A stretch of DNA of 32,000 nt from Bacillus subtilis subsp. subtilis str. 168 (GCF_000009045.1 NC_000964.3:2160001-2192000), one strand, 5' to 3'; positions 18,501 to 27,818 are shown, counted from the first letter of the stretch. Notes: generated by a model not told the origin, from the sequence alone. Translations and numbers: made by a program.

Positions 18501-19513
18501 TATTCATATTGATCATATGCTGGTTTAAATAAATGTCTTAATTTAAAGTTAGGAAGCTCCATCTTAGGGATAATTGGTTCGTGCTCTATAGTATAGTCTT
18601 CAATCATCTCACCAATGAGCATTGTATTTTTTATGGCCTGATCGATGACTTCTTTATCAATGTAGTCCATTCTCTCGTGAATTTCATCAACGTTTTGAAC
18701 GAAACAGGCTTCATAAAAGGAATCAACTTCTCTTTCTCCATCCTTAGCGTTTAAAAAGGCTTGATGAATTGCTCTATCTTCTGGTCTTAGATAGTGAGCA
18801 TCTGTTGTAACAATCATTTGCAAGTCATACCCGTTGGCTATATCTATCAGCTTCTTGTTACAGTAAATCTGTTCTTCACTCAGTGCAGGTTGAAGCTCGA
18901 TAAAAAACTTATCCTTCCCAAAAACCTCTATACACCAAGTTATAAACTCATGAATCTTTAGTTTGTGCTGCTTAATTGACTGAGAATCACCAGTTTCTTC
19001 AAAAGCCTTTATCTTTAACAGGTGAATGTTTACCTCAGACCCCAAGCAAGCTGTGGTAGCAATGATGTGGCCTGGATCTTTACTTAATAGCTCCTCTACA
19101 TCCTTTTTTACTGTCGGCACTCTTTCCATTGTTCCTGTATAAAATGAGTTTTCCCAGGCTTGAGAAGACAGTATTCTTAACTGCTCATGTCCTTTTGGAT
19201 CCATTGCCAACATCAAGAAATGCGGAAATTTTGTCACTCCCGATTTATAGTTATCTCGAACTTCCTCTAAAGAATCGACTAGGTACGCTTCATTGCCCAA
19301 TATCAGTTTAAAATCTTCTGGCATATCCCCCTTCTTTTTCATTTCTCTAACTGTTCGAATAGCATCTAAATGTGCTGAGAGGACTTCATGGTCTGTTATG
19401 GCCAATCCCTTATATTCCATCTTTACTGCAGTTTTGAGCAGTTCTTTAACTGAGTTTGTTGAGTCTAGAAGCCTTATGTTACTCCTATCTGTGTGACAGT
19501 GACATCCTATCAA
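15596..19513 (-). CDS. yorL: DNA polymerase III alpha subunit (DnaE-like), phage replicative polymerase
   Basis: N-terminal PHP domain (MIGCHCHTDRSN...LAITDHEVLSAH), catalytic LPDIDIDTEG, long DnaE-like C-terminus; 1305 aa. Confidence 0.95.
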   Translation of the reverse strand: MIGCHCHTDRSNIRLLDSTNSVKELLKTAVKMEYKGLAITDHEVLSAHLDAIRTVREMKKKGDMPEDFKLILGNEAYLVDSLEEVRDNYKSGVTKFPHFLMLAMDPKGHEQLRILSSQAWENSFYTGTMERVPTVKKDVEELLSKDPGHIIATTACLGSEVNIHLLKIKAFEETGDSQSIKQHKLKIHEFITWCIEVFGKDKFFIELQPALSEEQIYCNKKLIDIANGYDLQMIVTTDAHYLRPEDRAIHQAFLNAKDGEREVDSFYEACFVQNVDEIHERMDYIDKEVIDQAIKNTMLIGEMIEDYTIEHEPIIPKMELPNFKLRHLFKPAYDQYEYIKKMSESADEQDRYLLKLIEDGFEEKLKTSELTREAFHKILNRINVELGELWEISQKLNQSMSSYYITVREIINIIWDDECGGDSLVGAARGSAAGYLVNYLLDNTQINPMQYDLPHWRHIHKSRPDLPDIDIDTEGSKRQKILKALRERFGDKRVLQIATFGTEGSKSALQTACRGLGIDNDISQYLSGMIPFERGSNWPLKHCFYGDKETGRKPIKEFIREVEQYPNLKETALKIEGLTNKRSSHAAGVIIFNDEYTKSNAMMKTPKGAYITQFNMGDSEAMGSVKFDLLTIEALDKIRVTLDQLIENNEIEWQGSLKETYNKYIHPDVIEYEDDKLWEMAGNGEIMDLFQFSTEVGHQSVVKVKPKNLLEAAVTNSLMRLMSDGEEQPVDTYVKYKNNLNKWYEEMTRYGLSEKEIRVMERHLKDIYGVADTQEVVMQMVMDKDIANFDIKESNYLRKSIAKKKEDVLKEVEELFFKKGKEIGTSDNLLNYVWNVQFKRQFGYSFSLLHTLAYSIIALQELNLNYRYNPLYWNTACLTVNSGGIDTEDTKDNKKTAATNYGKVASAIGNIRQRGIKIDLPDINKADFGFRTDINNNSILFGLKGMNGIGDDVIHHIVLNRPYSDFNDFIERMFKSGIIKKGQVIQLIKGGCFDSFGNRQEIMKAFISLISEPKSKLTLSNLKMLIENNIVPSEFAQEVRFFRFKDYISKKVYKTLKSPKDKLFLLDDVSASFYNQHFSEDSVVDMLNGQLVISEKAFKKEYDNKMSNIKSWITTEEPLKKLNDCLLIKEWEKYADGSLGKWEMDSLSYYYNDHELSGVNFAKYDIADFYKLPAEPVKGKPYQWRGKTLYEYETTRIIGTVLDRDKNKHAITLLTPTGVVTVKQWSGSFSHYNKQISRSIGGGKKEVIEKSWYTRGTLLMFTGFRRGNNFIPKVYKDSIYNHTVCRIDFVDNEGSMSLTTKRAEI

Positions 19514-19525
19514 CTTTTCTCCCCC

Positions 19526-21256
19526 TTAAAACACAAGTTCTTTTTGTTTTGTGCGAACCACCTCCAATTCATAAATCTCGATTTGAGGTGTTTTCTTGCC
19601 TTTGTATTCATTTGCCTTTGCTTTGCCAATTACATTAATGACTAACGTTCCATTTGATGCAGTAAGCTGATTAAAGTAATTCTCATCACTTTTAAACCTT
19701 ATGTATTCAATATCGCCATGCTTAAATTTAACAGTTGTCTTATTCTTTTTCCCTAAATGCTCAATTTGTTCGACTTCAATTTCAAGATCCGTTATAGCTA
19801 TTAAGGGTTCTTCAACTTTGTAACCCCAATAGTCTTTGTAACCATCAAGTTGAAGGATAAATTCTTTTCTCAATCGTTTTGCTGGGATCTCAAAATCAAC
19901 ATTCTGAATATCTTCTTCGATATTTATGTCTTTAAATTTTTCATTCAGCACTTTGTTCACCAGGATTAAGTTCTGTCGTTTAATTGCAAAGCCCGCTGCA
20001 TTTGGGTGACCTTCAACAAACTCAAATAATCCAGTATCTATAAGCTCTTTCTTAAAATCCTTTATAAACCCTTTATCATATCCTCGTATAGAGCCACTCA
20101 AGATATCTTTACCTTTTTCGGGATCGTTTCTGGCTAACAAGACCGGCTTTTTATATTCTTCTGCAAGCTGATTGGCCACCAGTCCAGTTAGGCTTTTATC
20201 TAGAATTCCTTCAATGTAAACAATGAGTACTTTATTCGCTGTTAAACTTTTCTCTTCTATTCTATTTTTAATTTCCACTCCAGCTGCATCTACAATCCGT
20301 TTCTGCTTTGCTTTTAGATTTCCTAGAATCCTAACTGTGTCTTCATGTATTGATACAAGCTCAGTTTCACTTTGCCCACGTTTTTTGTAGGGAACCTTTT
20401 CTTTAGAAAGGAGGAATGCTCTCATCATTTGATCTTTTTCTTCACTGCTTCCAACCCTAATGGCAGCGTTAATTAAAGGGTTAATAAAGAACTGTGTATT
20501 CTGTATGCTCTTGTCACCCTTGGTTGAAAACTCTTGCTTCTTAAACAGCTTCTTTAATAATGGATGTTTTATTTTCTTCAAGCCTTCATTCATAAAATAC
20601 CTGGTTTCAAGGTTTCTTGAATCAGCCGAATCAGCAATGTTACCAATAGATACAAGGTCTAAGAATTGTTCGGCTTCATTTTTATTTAGCTTTTCATCAA
20701 TTGCCTGGCAAAATTTATAGGCCATTCCTGCACCTGTCAGAGTTTTATTCGAATAATTAGGCGAAAGTTGATTATTTACTACGATCGCATGTTCAGACAC
20801 TCGTTCACATTCATGGTGATCAATAACAATTATTTCTGTGCCTCTCTTATTAAGAGCCTCATGTTCCTCAAATTGACTTGAACCTGCATCTGGGATTATG
20901 ACTAAGTCAACATCATCAGGAATTGTATCAATAAAAATCCCATGCTCTTTCCCATCTTGAATTCTGTAGTGTATATTAGCTTTCGGACAAATCTTCTTTA
21001 TGTAATTTATAATGATTGAGCTGGATGTGTATCCATCAACATCACTGTCTACCTGAACAAACAATTTATTTTTATTATTTAAATGCCTGATAAGACAATC
21101 TGCAGCTTTATCAATATTATTAAGCTTTGAATAATGAATAACTGAACTTTGATCAACATTAACAAACAACTTTGGATCTTCTATGCCTCTATTTTTTAAG
21201 ATAGTAGCTAAAGGATCGAAATTATAATCATTGTCGCCAATTAGTCTATACTCCAT
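19526..21256 (-). CDS. yorK: DHH-family single-strand exonuclease (RecJ-like)
   Basis: LFVQVDSDVDGYTSSSIIINY, DDVDLVIIPDAGSSQ, IIVIDHHECERVSEHAIVVNNQ. Confidence 0.93.
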   Translation of the reverse strand: MEYRLIGDNDYNFDPLATILKNRGIEDPKLFVNVDQSSVIHYSKLNNIDKAADCLIRHLNNKNKLFVQVDSDVDGYTSSSIIINYIKKICPKANIHYRIQDGKEHGIFIDTIPDDVDLVIIPDAGSSQFEEHEALNKRGTEIIVIDHHECERVSEHAIVVNNQLSPNYSNKTLTGAGMAYKFCQAIDEKLNKNEAEQFLDLVSIGNIADSADSRNLETRYFMNEGLKKIKHPLLKKLFKKQEFSTKGDKSIQNTQFFINPLINAAIRVGSSEEKDQMMRAFLLSKEKVPYKKRGQSETELVSIHEDTVRILGNLKAKQKRIVDAAGVEIKNRIEEKSLTANKVLIVYIEGILDKSLTGLVANQLAEEYKKPVLLARNDPEKGKDILSGSIRGYDKGFIKDFKKELIDTGLFEFVEGHPNAAGFAIKRQNLILVNKVLNEKFKDINIEEDIQNVDFEIPAKRLRKEFILQLDGYKDYWGYKVEEPLIAITDLEIEVEQIEHLGKKNKTTVKFKHGDIEYIRFKSDENYFNQLTASNGTLVINVIGKAKANEYKGKKTPQIEIYELEVVRTKQKELVF

Positions 21257-22392
21257 TAAATTCCCCCTTCATCTGTGCCAATCTCAATTTTCCTTCTCAT
21301 TAGCTCCTCTAGAGTTTCCTTTCCCTTGTCCGCTGGGCTGTCCTTATAATCCAGTAAGCCTTCATAATCCCACAAAACATATACACGAACATAAGGAGTA
21401 AATTTTGCTGCGAGCTTTAGAATTTTCTTCTGATATTCAACCAGTTTTTCTTGATATTTCTCCTCTGTTTCATGTTCTTTTGGTGGTCGATATTTATCAA
21501 GAGCAATAAAAACTTCTTCAACACCAAGAGACAATAAAATGTCACGGTGAAAATTAGAAATATTACTTGAACAAACAGCACAGGTGAAGTTTGATTCACC
21601 GTAAAAGTCTTGGCATTTTAATACTGATTTTTCTGATTCGAAAATCAATACTTTCTTGAACCTTTCTATCGAATTTTTTGTTTTATGTAATCCATATAGA
21701 TTCATCATTGTTTGATGGTTATATAAGATATTGCCTACTTTTAAAGGCATATATTTATAGCCTGCATCAACTTCTTCTTTAATCATTGAGCGCCTACGTA
21801 TACCAATCAACCTATTATTTAAATCTCGATGAGGAATGGTAATCCCTTCTGTATGAGGTCTAAAATAATACCCAATCTCAAACTCTTTTAATGTCTTGTG
21901 ACTTATTCCCTCACCTAGCCACAATTGGTGAGGATAAGGCACAAATACATCTAGAACCGTTTCATTAAAGCTGGGGAGCTCAATATGTATTTTTTTCTTC
22001 TTTTTGAACTTCCCCATCCATTCCCAGTCATCAATCAAATCATTGTTTATGTATGTCTCTCTATTCCCAAATCCAAATGTTCTTCCTGCTATTTTGGCAA
22101 CATATTCGATAGCCTGATTAAAAGAGATATTAATTCCTTTTTGGCTTTTTGCTCTTATAACAAGTTCGAATACATCAAAATTATCCCCACACTCTGTATA
22201 ACAGTGAAACTGTTTTGCTTCATGATAGTAATACAGCTTATAGCTCCCACCAGAAGCATTGTGACAAACGGTTCTGTAAATTGGATTTCCTTGTTGATCC
22301 CACAGATTGTTCTCGCTACCTAAATCTTTTAAAATCTTATGTATATCCTCAATGGTTAGGCTTTCTTTTACTCTGTCTTTATCATACTTCAA
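21256..22392 (-). CDS. yorJ: Primase-like protein (DnaG-like Zn and Toprim regions, divergent)
   Basis: CHNASGGSYKLYYYHEAKQFHCYTECG, HRDLNNRLIGIRRR, VLIFESEKSVLKCQDF; next to helicase. Confidence 0.78.
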   Translation of the reverse strand: MKYDKDRVKESLTIEDIHKILKDLGSENNLWDQQGNPIYRTVCHNASGGSYKLYYYHEAKQFHCYTECGDNFDVFELVIRAKSQKGINISFNQAIEYVAKIAGRTFGFGNRETYINNDLIDDWEWMGKFKKKKKIHIELPSFNETVLDVFVPYPHQLWLGEGISHKTLKEFEIGYYFRPHTEGITIPHRDLNNRLIGIRRRSMIKEEVDAGYKYMPLKVGNILYNHQTMMNLYGLHKTKNSIERFKKVLIFESEKSVLKCQDFYGESNFTCAVCSSNISNFHRDILLSLGVEEVFIALDKYRPPKEHETEEKYQEKLVEYQKKILKLAAKFTPYVRVYVLWDYEGLLDYKDSPADKGKETLEELMRRKIEIGTDEGGI

Positions 22393-22407
22393 AGGGCGCT
22401 ACACCCC

Positions 22408-23922
22408 TCATCCTGCTTTTATATTCAATTTCTCAACTGTGATTAGTTCATTGTCAAGATTTGTTGTGAAACAGTCCTTTATCCGCATGTTGCCCATATT
22501 GATATGGGAGAAGACTTTAACTTTGTCATACTCATTTCCCCTATTTTTAAATACATGTGTAACAAAATTTGGCTCTGGATAAAATCCTTCTTTTAAAATT
22601 GGATCAATTGCATCCTTCTCTTTTTTACTTAAAGGAAGAATTATCATTGCAGCATCTGTTTTATCTGCGATGGCCTTACTTCCTCTCAAGTAAGAAGCAT
22701 CTATTACTTGTCCTTTTAACCATGCTTCTTTCCAATCACCATTTAGCTGAGTTGCACTCATCATATAGACATCGTATTTGTTACATAAGCCTTTTAACTT
22801 ATCTGACATAAGTAAAAGAATTTGGTCTTCCCTCAAGTTGACACCGCTTTTTTTGCTCATCTCTGAAAAAATGGTTACTGATGAGTGAATATAATCGAAA
22901 TAAACGTACTCTACATTGTTTTTAATGACGTTCTTTTCAATTGTTCTTTCAATCTCCTGAATATTAAAATCAGGCAGATGTTCGAACCATATGTTAGACT
23001 CTTGAAGAACCTTAGCAGCCTTACGAACAAGTTGTTTTTCTTTTTCATTGATTGTGTTTCTAAGGATTTTTTTCTCTTCTACACTACTAATGTAGGCAAG
23101 TGCTAAACTTTGCAATTCTTCGGCCATCATTTCTGTTGAAATAACTGTAGAACTTTCACTCCATGGGTTTGATACCCATTCCTTCTTTTTAGGATCATAA
23201 AGTTCAGTTGCACTTAAGCGACAAGCGTCAGCGACCATGTTTCTTGTTTTACCGCCACCTGTAATACTTGAGCGCAGATAGAACTTTTTCTTCCGTGATC
23301 CCCGAAAAATTGAAGTAAGCATTTCGCTATTTAATGGAACTCCAATATCCGGCGACTCTTCGAATGAATCCAATAATTCATTAATACCTTCTCCACCCTG
23401 GATTCCCACACTTTCAGATGAAGTTCTGAATTTTTCTTTTATGTCTACAATCTTCATTTCATAAGCTGTCAAAATTTCATCAATCGACTTCTTATCAAAC
23501 TGTTCTTGCATCTTTTCTTGTTCTTTTGGGTCAATCAGAGATTCATCATATATTTCCTTAATATCGAATCCCAAGCCATCCATTTCTCTAAGCAGACTAA
23601 ACTTTTTTAATCTTTTATAGTGGTAATCAAAGTTTTCGACAACTGCCAACTCTTGTATTTTTTCTATATATTCAAGACCCTTATTATCATGGAAAATTTT
23701 ATATTGAATATCGTAATCCTTTAGATATCCATCTATTTCAACGTCATTCAATACTTCAGTTCCTTGATGAAATAGGTTGCTCATGGCAAAAAATAATATT
23801 GAATGAAACCTTGAAGGAAAATCATCCGAAGTTATCTTATATTTATTGCTCTCTGACAAGATTGTGGGATCTTTTAAAATGCTCCCTAAAACTTGAATTA
23901 TTGCCTGTTTGTCTTGTAGCAA
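22408..23922 (-). CDS. yorI: DnaB-like replicative helicase
   Basis: P-loop YLRSSITGGGKTRNMV, VYFDYIHSS, MSATQLNGD...ASYLRGSKAIADKTDAAMII. Confidence 0.88.
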   Translation of the reverse strand: MLQDKQAIIQVLGSILKDPTILSESNKYKITSDDFPSRFHSILFFAMSNLFHQGTEVLNDVEIDGYLKDYDIQYKIFHDNKGLEYIEKIQELAVVENFDYHYKRLKKFSLLREMDGLGFDIKEIYDESLIDPKEQEKMQEQFDKKSIDEILTAYEMKIVDIKEKFRTSSESVGIQGGEGINELLDSFEESPDIGVPLNSEMLTSIFRGSRKKKFYLRSSITGGGKTRNMVADACRLSATELYDPKKKEWVSNPWSESSTVISTEMMAEELQSLALAYISSVEEKKILRNTINEKEKQLVRKAAKVLQESNIWFEHLPDFNIQEIERTIEKNVIKNNVEYVYFDYIHSSVTIFSEMSKKSGVNLREDQILLLMSDKLKGLCNKYDVYMMSATQLNGDWKEAWLKGQVIDASYLRGSKAIADKTDAAMIILPLSKKEKDAIDPILKEGFYPEPNFVTHVFKNRGNEYDKVKVFSHINMGNMRIKDCFTTNLDNELITVEKLNIKAG

Positions 23923-23936
23923 ATGGACTCTCCTTC

Positions 23937-24407
23937 CTATAGCATTGAGATATCAACTAGCCCTCTTTTCTTTCTCATTCCTTTTTTTATGACCAAAGTA
24001 ATTTCTTCTCTTTTATGATTCTTTGGATCTTCAGCTGATTTTCGGATGGCTTTTTGTCTAATGTAATGCCGCTTTGCTTCATCATAAACAAATGGAACGA
24101 TTCCAATGCCATCACCTTCTCTGGGTTGATTATCCAAAGTTTCATAAAAGTACCTAAGCGCTAGTTCAATGCCTTTAAGCTTATACCCATATTCCTCTTG
24201 AAACTCTTTAATTTGTTTCAACATCATGCCAGTTGGAGATGTAAGACCATATAAATTGCATATGTATTGAATTAACTCTTTTCTGTGATCTGATTCTTGC
24301 TTCCAGGTATTAAAACACTTTTCATGGTAATATCTTTTTTTATAAGGAATGGCTGAGTCTTTGTCTAACTTGGTCTCGCAATAAGGACATTTAACTTGTC
24401 TCCCCAA
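23937..24407 (-). CDS. yorH: Zinc-finger protein of replication cluster
   Basis: N-terminal CPYCETKLDKDSAIPYKKRYYHEKCF; synteny. Confidence 0.75.
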   Translation of the reverse strand: MGRQVKCPYCETKLDKDSAIPYKKRYYHEKCFNTWKQESDHRKELIQYICNLYGLTSPTGMMLKQIKEFQEEYGYKLKGIELALRYFYETLDNQPREGDGIGIVPFVYDEAKRHYIRQKAIRKSAEDPKNHKREEITLVIKKGMRKKRGLVDISML

Positions 24408-24449
24408 ATAATCACTCCTAATAAGGAGGAGAGAATAATCTCTCCTCTT

Positions 24450-25421
24450 TTATTCTGCTAGAAGGTCTTTTAGATCATCTAGAATTACAGACATGACACC
24501 TACTTGCTTACGGCTGCACTCAGTAACTTTTACACCCTTACCTAAATGTTTCTCTGTAATCTCATTAACTTCTTCTAAACGGCCTTCTTCATTAAGCTTC
24601 ATGCCAATTTCTTTAATTTGATCCATTAATGAGTTGAAATCAAGTTCTTCTGAAGCGTTGTTTTGTTTTTGCTCTTCGTATGTAACAGCAACAATTCCTT
24701 CTGCTTGCTCCTGTCTTTCGACTGCCTCAATAATTGCTTTTTCTAAGTTTTCTGCAGTAAATTCAGGAAGATACGTGTCAATGTAATCAAATCGGCTACG
24801 AGCAAAATGCTCTTCAGTTTCAGCTAACCAAGCACTTGATTTGATTACTTTTCTATCTTCATCAACACCATTAGAACTTAGATAGAGAACAATATCGCTG
24901 TTATCAATTACTGGAGCTAAAACTCGTTTATCCCCCTTCGGATATACTTTGCCTTTTTTGTCTTCAGCAGCATGAGCAATAAAGATAACCGTAAATCCTA
25001 CGCCAATTAATTTATTGATTTCTTCCCATACTTCAGTTTCATACTCTTTCCAAAGGCCAAACCCATCATTACCATCTTTAATCCGTTCTACATCATATTG
25101 CTCGCAGACATATCTAGTCGCATATTTAGCAAAAGCGTCTACTTCATCAACAATGATTGTTTGATACATCTCTTTGGCCTTTTCAGCATTTTTGGTTAAC
25201 TGCTTGTTTACCTTTTTAAAATCAGCCCAACTATTGATAGGCATGAATTGGACACCGGCAATAGCATTTAATCCTTTTTCGAATGGCAGATATAACGGTT
25301 TCTTCATCCGAGTGCTTTGCTTAGTTTTACCTAAGTTGTTAGAACCGTAGATTGTGATAACTTTTCCTTCTAATCCTTTTGCTACTACAGAAACTTGTGG
25401 GTTGAAAATATCGATTGCCAT
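24450..25421 (-). CDS. yorG: Phage P-loop NTPase (AAA_24/RecA-like)
   Basis: ITIYGSNNLGKTKQSTRMKKPLYLPFEKGLNAI...TIIVDEVDAFAKYATRYV; downstream of yorF-like gene. Confidence 0.85.
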   Translation of the reverse strand: MAIDIFNPQVSVVAKGLEGKVITIYGSNNLGKTKQSTRMKKPLYLPFEKGLNAIAGVQFMPINSWADFKKVNKQLTKNAEKAKEMYQTIIVDEVDAFAKYATRYVCEQYDVERIKDGNDGFGLWKEYETEVWEEINKLIGVGFTVIFIAHAAEDKKGKVYPKGDKRVLAPVIDNSDIVLYLSSNGVDEDRKVIKSSAWLAETEEHFARSRFDYIDTYLPEFTAENLEKAIIEAVERQEQAEGIVAVTYEEQKQNNASEELDFNSLMDQIKEIGMKLNEEGRLEEVNEITEKHLGKGVKVTECSRKQVGVMSVILDDLKDLLAE

Positions 25422-25503
25422 TTCAGTTCTCCTTTTATTTTGAATTTGTTAGGTGAGTCGGAGCTCACCCCAGTTATGTATTAGATTAATGATCTATTTT
25501 ATT

Positions 25504-26430
25504 TTAGAAAGGGAGATCATCATCTGAAATTTCAACCGGCTTTGAAGGCTTGTTATTAGGAGCACTTCCACCAAACCCAGACTTTTTATTGTTTTCTTTA
25601 TTTCCTTCTTTCTTAAGCTCGTCTAGATAAATCTCTCTTTCAGTCAACGCTTTTTTAATTGCATCTGCATTAAAAGCATTCTTACTATCCTCATCATAAG
25701 GATCATTACCACCTGTAATTAGATACTCTCTTCTTGTAATTGAAGTAATTTCTTTCTTATCTTCTCCAAATGCCGCTACTTTGGTTGTTACTTTTTGTTC
25801 TTTATAATTAATGATCTTCCCAAAAACGTTAACGGTAGTTCCCTTTTCATAATTATTTTCAACATATTGTGAGCCTTCTTTTGTGACTACAAATGTAAAA
25901 GGAATTACTTTTCCGTTGTACACAGGAATATAGCCATTTAAATTAACTCTACCTGTTTCTTCCCCTTTTACTTTTTCTTCGGTTACGTTCTTTACAAACA
26001 CCTCAACATCAAATTCTGCTCTGGGATTGAATTCTTCATTAGCATCCAGTCTGTTCACAAAGTTAGCCATTAATTGTGGATATGATTTAAAAATCCCGTG
26101 TGAATAATACTCATTTAAGCTAATTTTACCTTGAGTAATTCTTACTTTGTCAGCTTCATCTCTACCGTGTTTTGCGATTGACTTATACTCGCTTACAATA
26201 GTCTGGTACCCCTTTGCAACTGCATTATCAGTACCATCATCTTTCTTATACTTGGAAAAGCCTTTAACTGTATGTACTTCGTTAGGTGCAACCTCAATGT
26301 CTAATTCAATATTTAGTCCATTTCCATTTTTCCATTCAGTGTGTCGTACTTCAGCTAAAGTTCCTTCAATTGTTACAACGTTTGATGCTTCACGTAATAC
26401 CGTTTTGTTTTCTGTCATATTTTTAATCAT
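25504..26430 (-). CDS. yorF: Possible OB-fold/ssDNA-associated protein
   Basis: Beta-rich sequence [30 protein letters not shown] and repeated GxV/FGKI-type segments; acidic C-terminal tail EISDDDLPF like ssDNA-binding proteins. Confidence 0.7.
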
Positions 26431-26439
26431 CCTCTATTT

Positions 26440-26811
26440 TTATTTTTGTTTATTGTGATTTTTCTTTGAATATGTAATTTTTCTAAACTTGCAGTCTTTG
26501 ATTCCAAGTTCTTTACTAAGTTCTATGTACCTTCTTTTTGGGAACTTCCAATCATTTTGGTCAGAAAAGCATCCTGATTTATTTACAATTTCAAATACCT
26601 GCTTTTTTCTGTTAACTTTGATTATCATATTTCCGTAAGCGTACTCTGTGCAAAATAAACGTTTTTTCACTCGCTCAGGATGAGTTTCTTTGACAAGTAG
26701 GACATTCCTTATCATCTTTAACAGTGCCTGATCAGGAGTAATGGTCTTGTTGTCTTTAACGTTTTCTCTGTAATAGTTTAACGCTTTCTCTGTTATCCCA
26801 AGTACCTCCAA
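26440..26811 (-). CDS. yorE: Hypothetical protein (YorE-like), TTG start
   Basis: AGGAGG-N8-TTG, 123 aa; synteny. Confidence 0.75.
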   Translation of the reverse strand: MEVLGITEKALNYYRENVKDNKTITPDQALLKMIRNVLLVKETHPERVKKRLFCTEYAYGNMIIKVNRKKQVFEIVNKSGCFSDQNDWKFPKRRYIELSKELGIKDCKFRKITYSKKNHNKQK

Positions 26812-26846
26812 GTAATTCGCCTCCTTCCCTTTAACTCGATTTTATT

Positions 26847-26875
26847 ATATACATATTTTTTATCTTTGTCTACAT
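26847..26875 (-). promoter_or_regulatory. Promoter-like repeated element, copy C
   Basis: Minus strand TAGACA-N17-TATAAT: TAGACAAAGATAAAAAATATGTATATAAT, upstream of the replication cluster. Coordinates approximate to a few nt. Confidence 0.85.
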
Positions 26876-26956
26876 GTTTTATAAACTTTTATATTTTTTA
26901 TTTTTGTATTTCATTTGCGCTCTTTTTAATTCGAATAAAATTATCATTTTATTTAA

Positions 26957-26981
26957 ATTTAAAAGCCCCAATAAGGGACTC
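26957..26981 (-). terminator. Likely terminator downstream of yorD-like gene
   Basis: Minus strand AGTCCC-TTATT-GGGGCT-TTTAAATTT. Confidence 0.7.
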
Positions 26982-26984
26982 TTG

Positions 26985-27299
26985 TTAGTTTGTTCCTTCA
27001 ACCTTACTCGTTAAGTAAGCTACTTGTTTTTCTAAATCAGCAACTCTTTCTTCGAGAGTTTTTGGCTTAGGTGCATTTTTCTTCTCTTCAAGCTCAATTG
27101 CTGCTTTTTCAATTTCCTCTAATGTAGGAATAGGTTCACTTTTTCTCCAGGCAGTAAAGATATGTCTTCCGTTGTCATTTACAAATTCCCAATCATAAGA
27201 TTCGTCTGAACGAGGGAACATATACATTAAAACTTCCGGAAGAATTGATCCATGGATATTCCAAATTTCTGATACGTCTTGTCCAACTTTAAACTCCAC
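26985..27299 (-). CDS. yorD: Hypothetical protein (YorD-like), C-terminal coiled coil
   Basis: 104-aa ORF, ...LEERVADLEKQVAYLTSKVEGTN. Confidence 0.75.
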   Translation of the reverse strand: MEFKVGQDVSEIWNIHGSILPEVLMYMFPRSDESYDWEFVNDNGRHIFTAWRKSEPIPTLEEIEKAAIELEEKKNAPKPKTLEERVADLEKQVAYLTSKVEGTN

Positions 27300-27375
27300 A
27301 AAAACATCTCCTCAATTATCAATTTCTTCTATATTCTATCATATTTTCATTATATAGGTAAAGAGTTTGCTATTT

Positions 27376-27756
27376 TCAAACAAGCTCACTCCACAACCAC
27401 ATATCCATTGTTTGCAATGAAAAGCCATCAGGCAGCTGCTTCATTTTCACATTTACATTGTATCTTCTGCCTGTTGTTTTATGTACAATAGCCAGTTCTT
27501 CTCCATTAAAGAATCGCACAATGGCCTCATCAAATGCAATTGGCTGATTAACCACATAACCTTCCTTTAAAGCTCTAATAAACAAATAGGGATCATTTTT
27601 ATACAGCTCATAAAGAATGTTCGCATATTGCTCGTTCTTGTCTCTAAGTAGTTCAAAATTAATCAACGGTATGTATAAGTCTTTGTCTGATAAATTTAAT
27701 TTGTTTCTAAAGTATTTAATTGCTTCATCTTGCTCTTTAGAAATGATGTTTGACAT
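27376..27756 (-). CDS. yorC: Hypothetical protein (YorC-like)
   Basis: 126-aa ORF; synteny. Confidence 0.75.
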   Translation of the reverse strand: MSNIISKEQDEAIKYFRNKLNLSDKDLYIPLINFELLRDKNEQYANILYELYKNDPYLFIRALKEGYVVNQPIAFDEAIVRFFNGEELAIVHKTTGRRYNVNVKMKQLPDGFSLQTMDMWLWSELV

Positions 27757-27818
27757 TCAGTTAACCCCTTTATTCGTATGATAACTAGGCTAATCTTAGA
27801 GACTAGCCCAGCATTGCC

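Noticed and set aside
16425-19638. Plus-strand ORFs of 60-77 aa opposite the polymerase gene
   Set aside because: Antisense to a strongly supported 1305-aa CDS, with no RBS or known motifs; expected by chance from codon composition.
20460-23106. Plus-strand ORFs opposite the exonuclease, primase-like and helicase genes
   Set aside because: Antisense to well-supported genes and lacking initiation signals.
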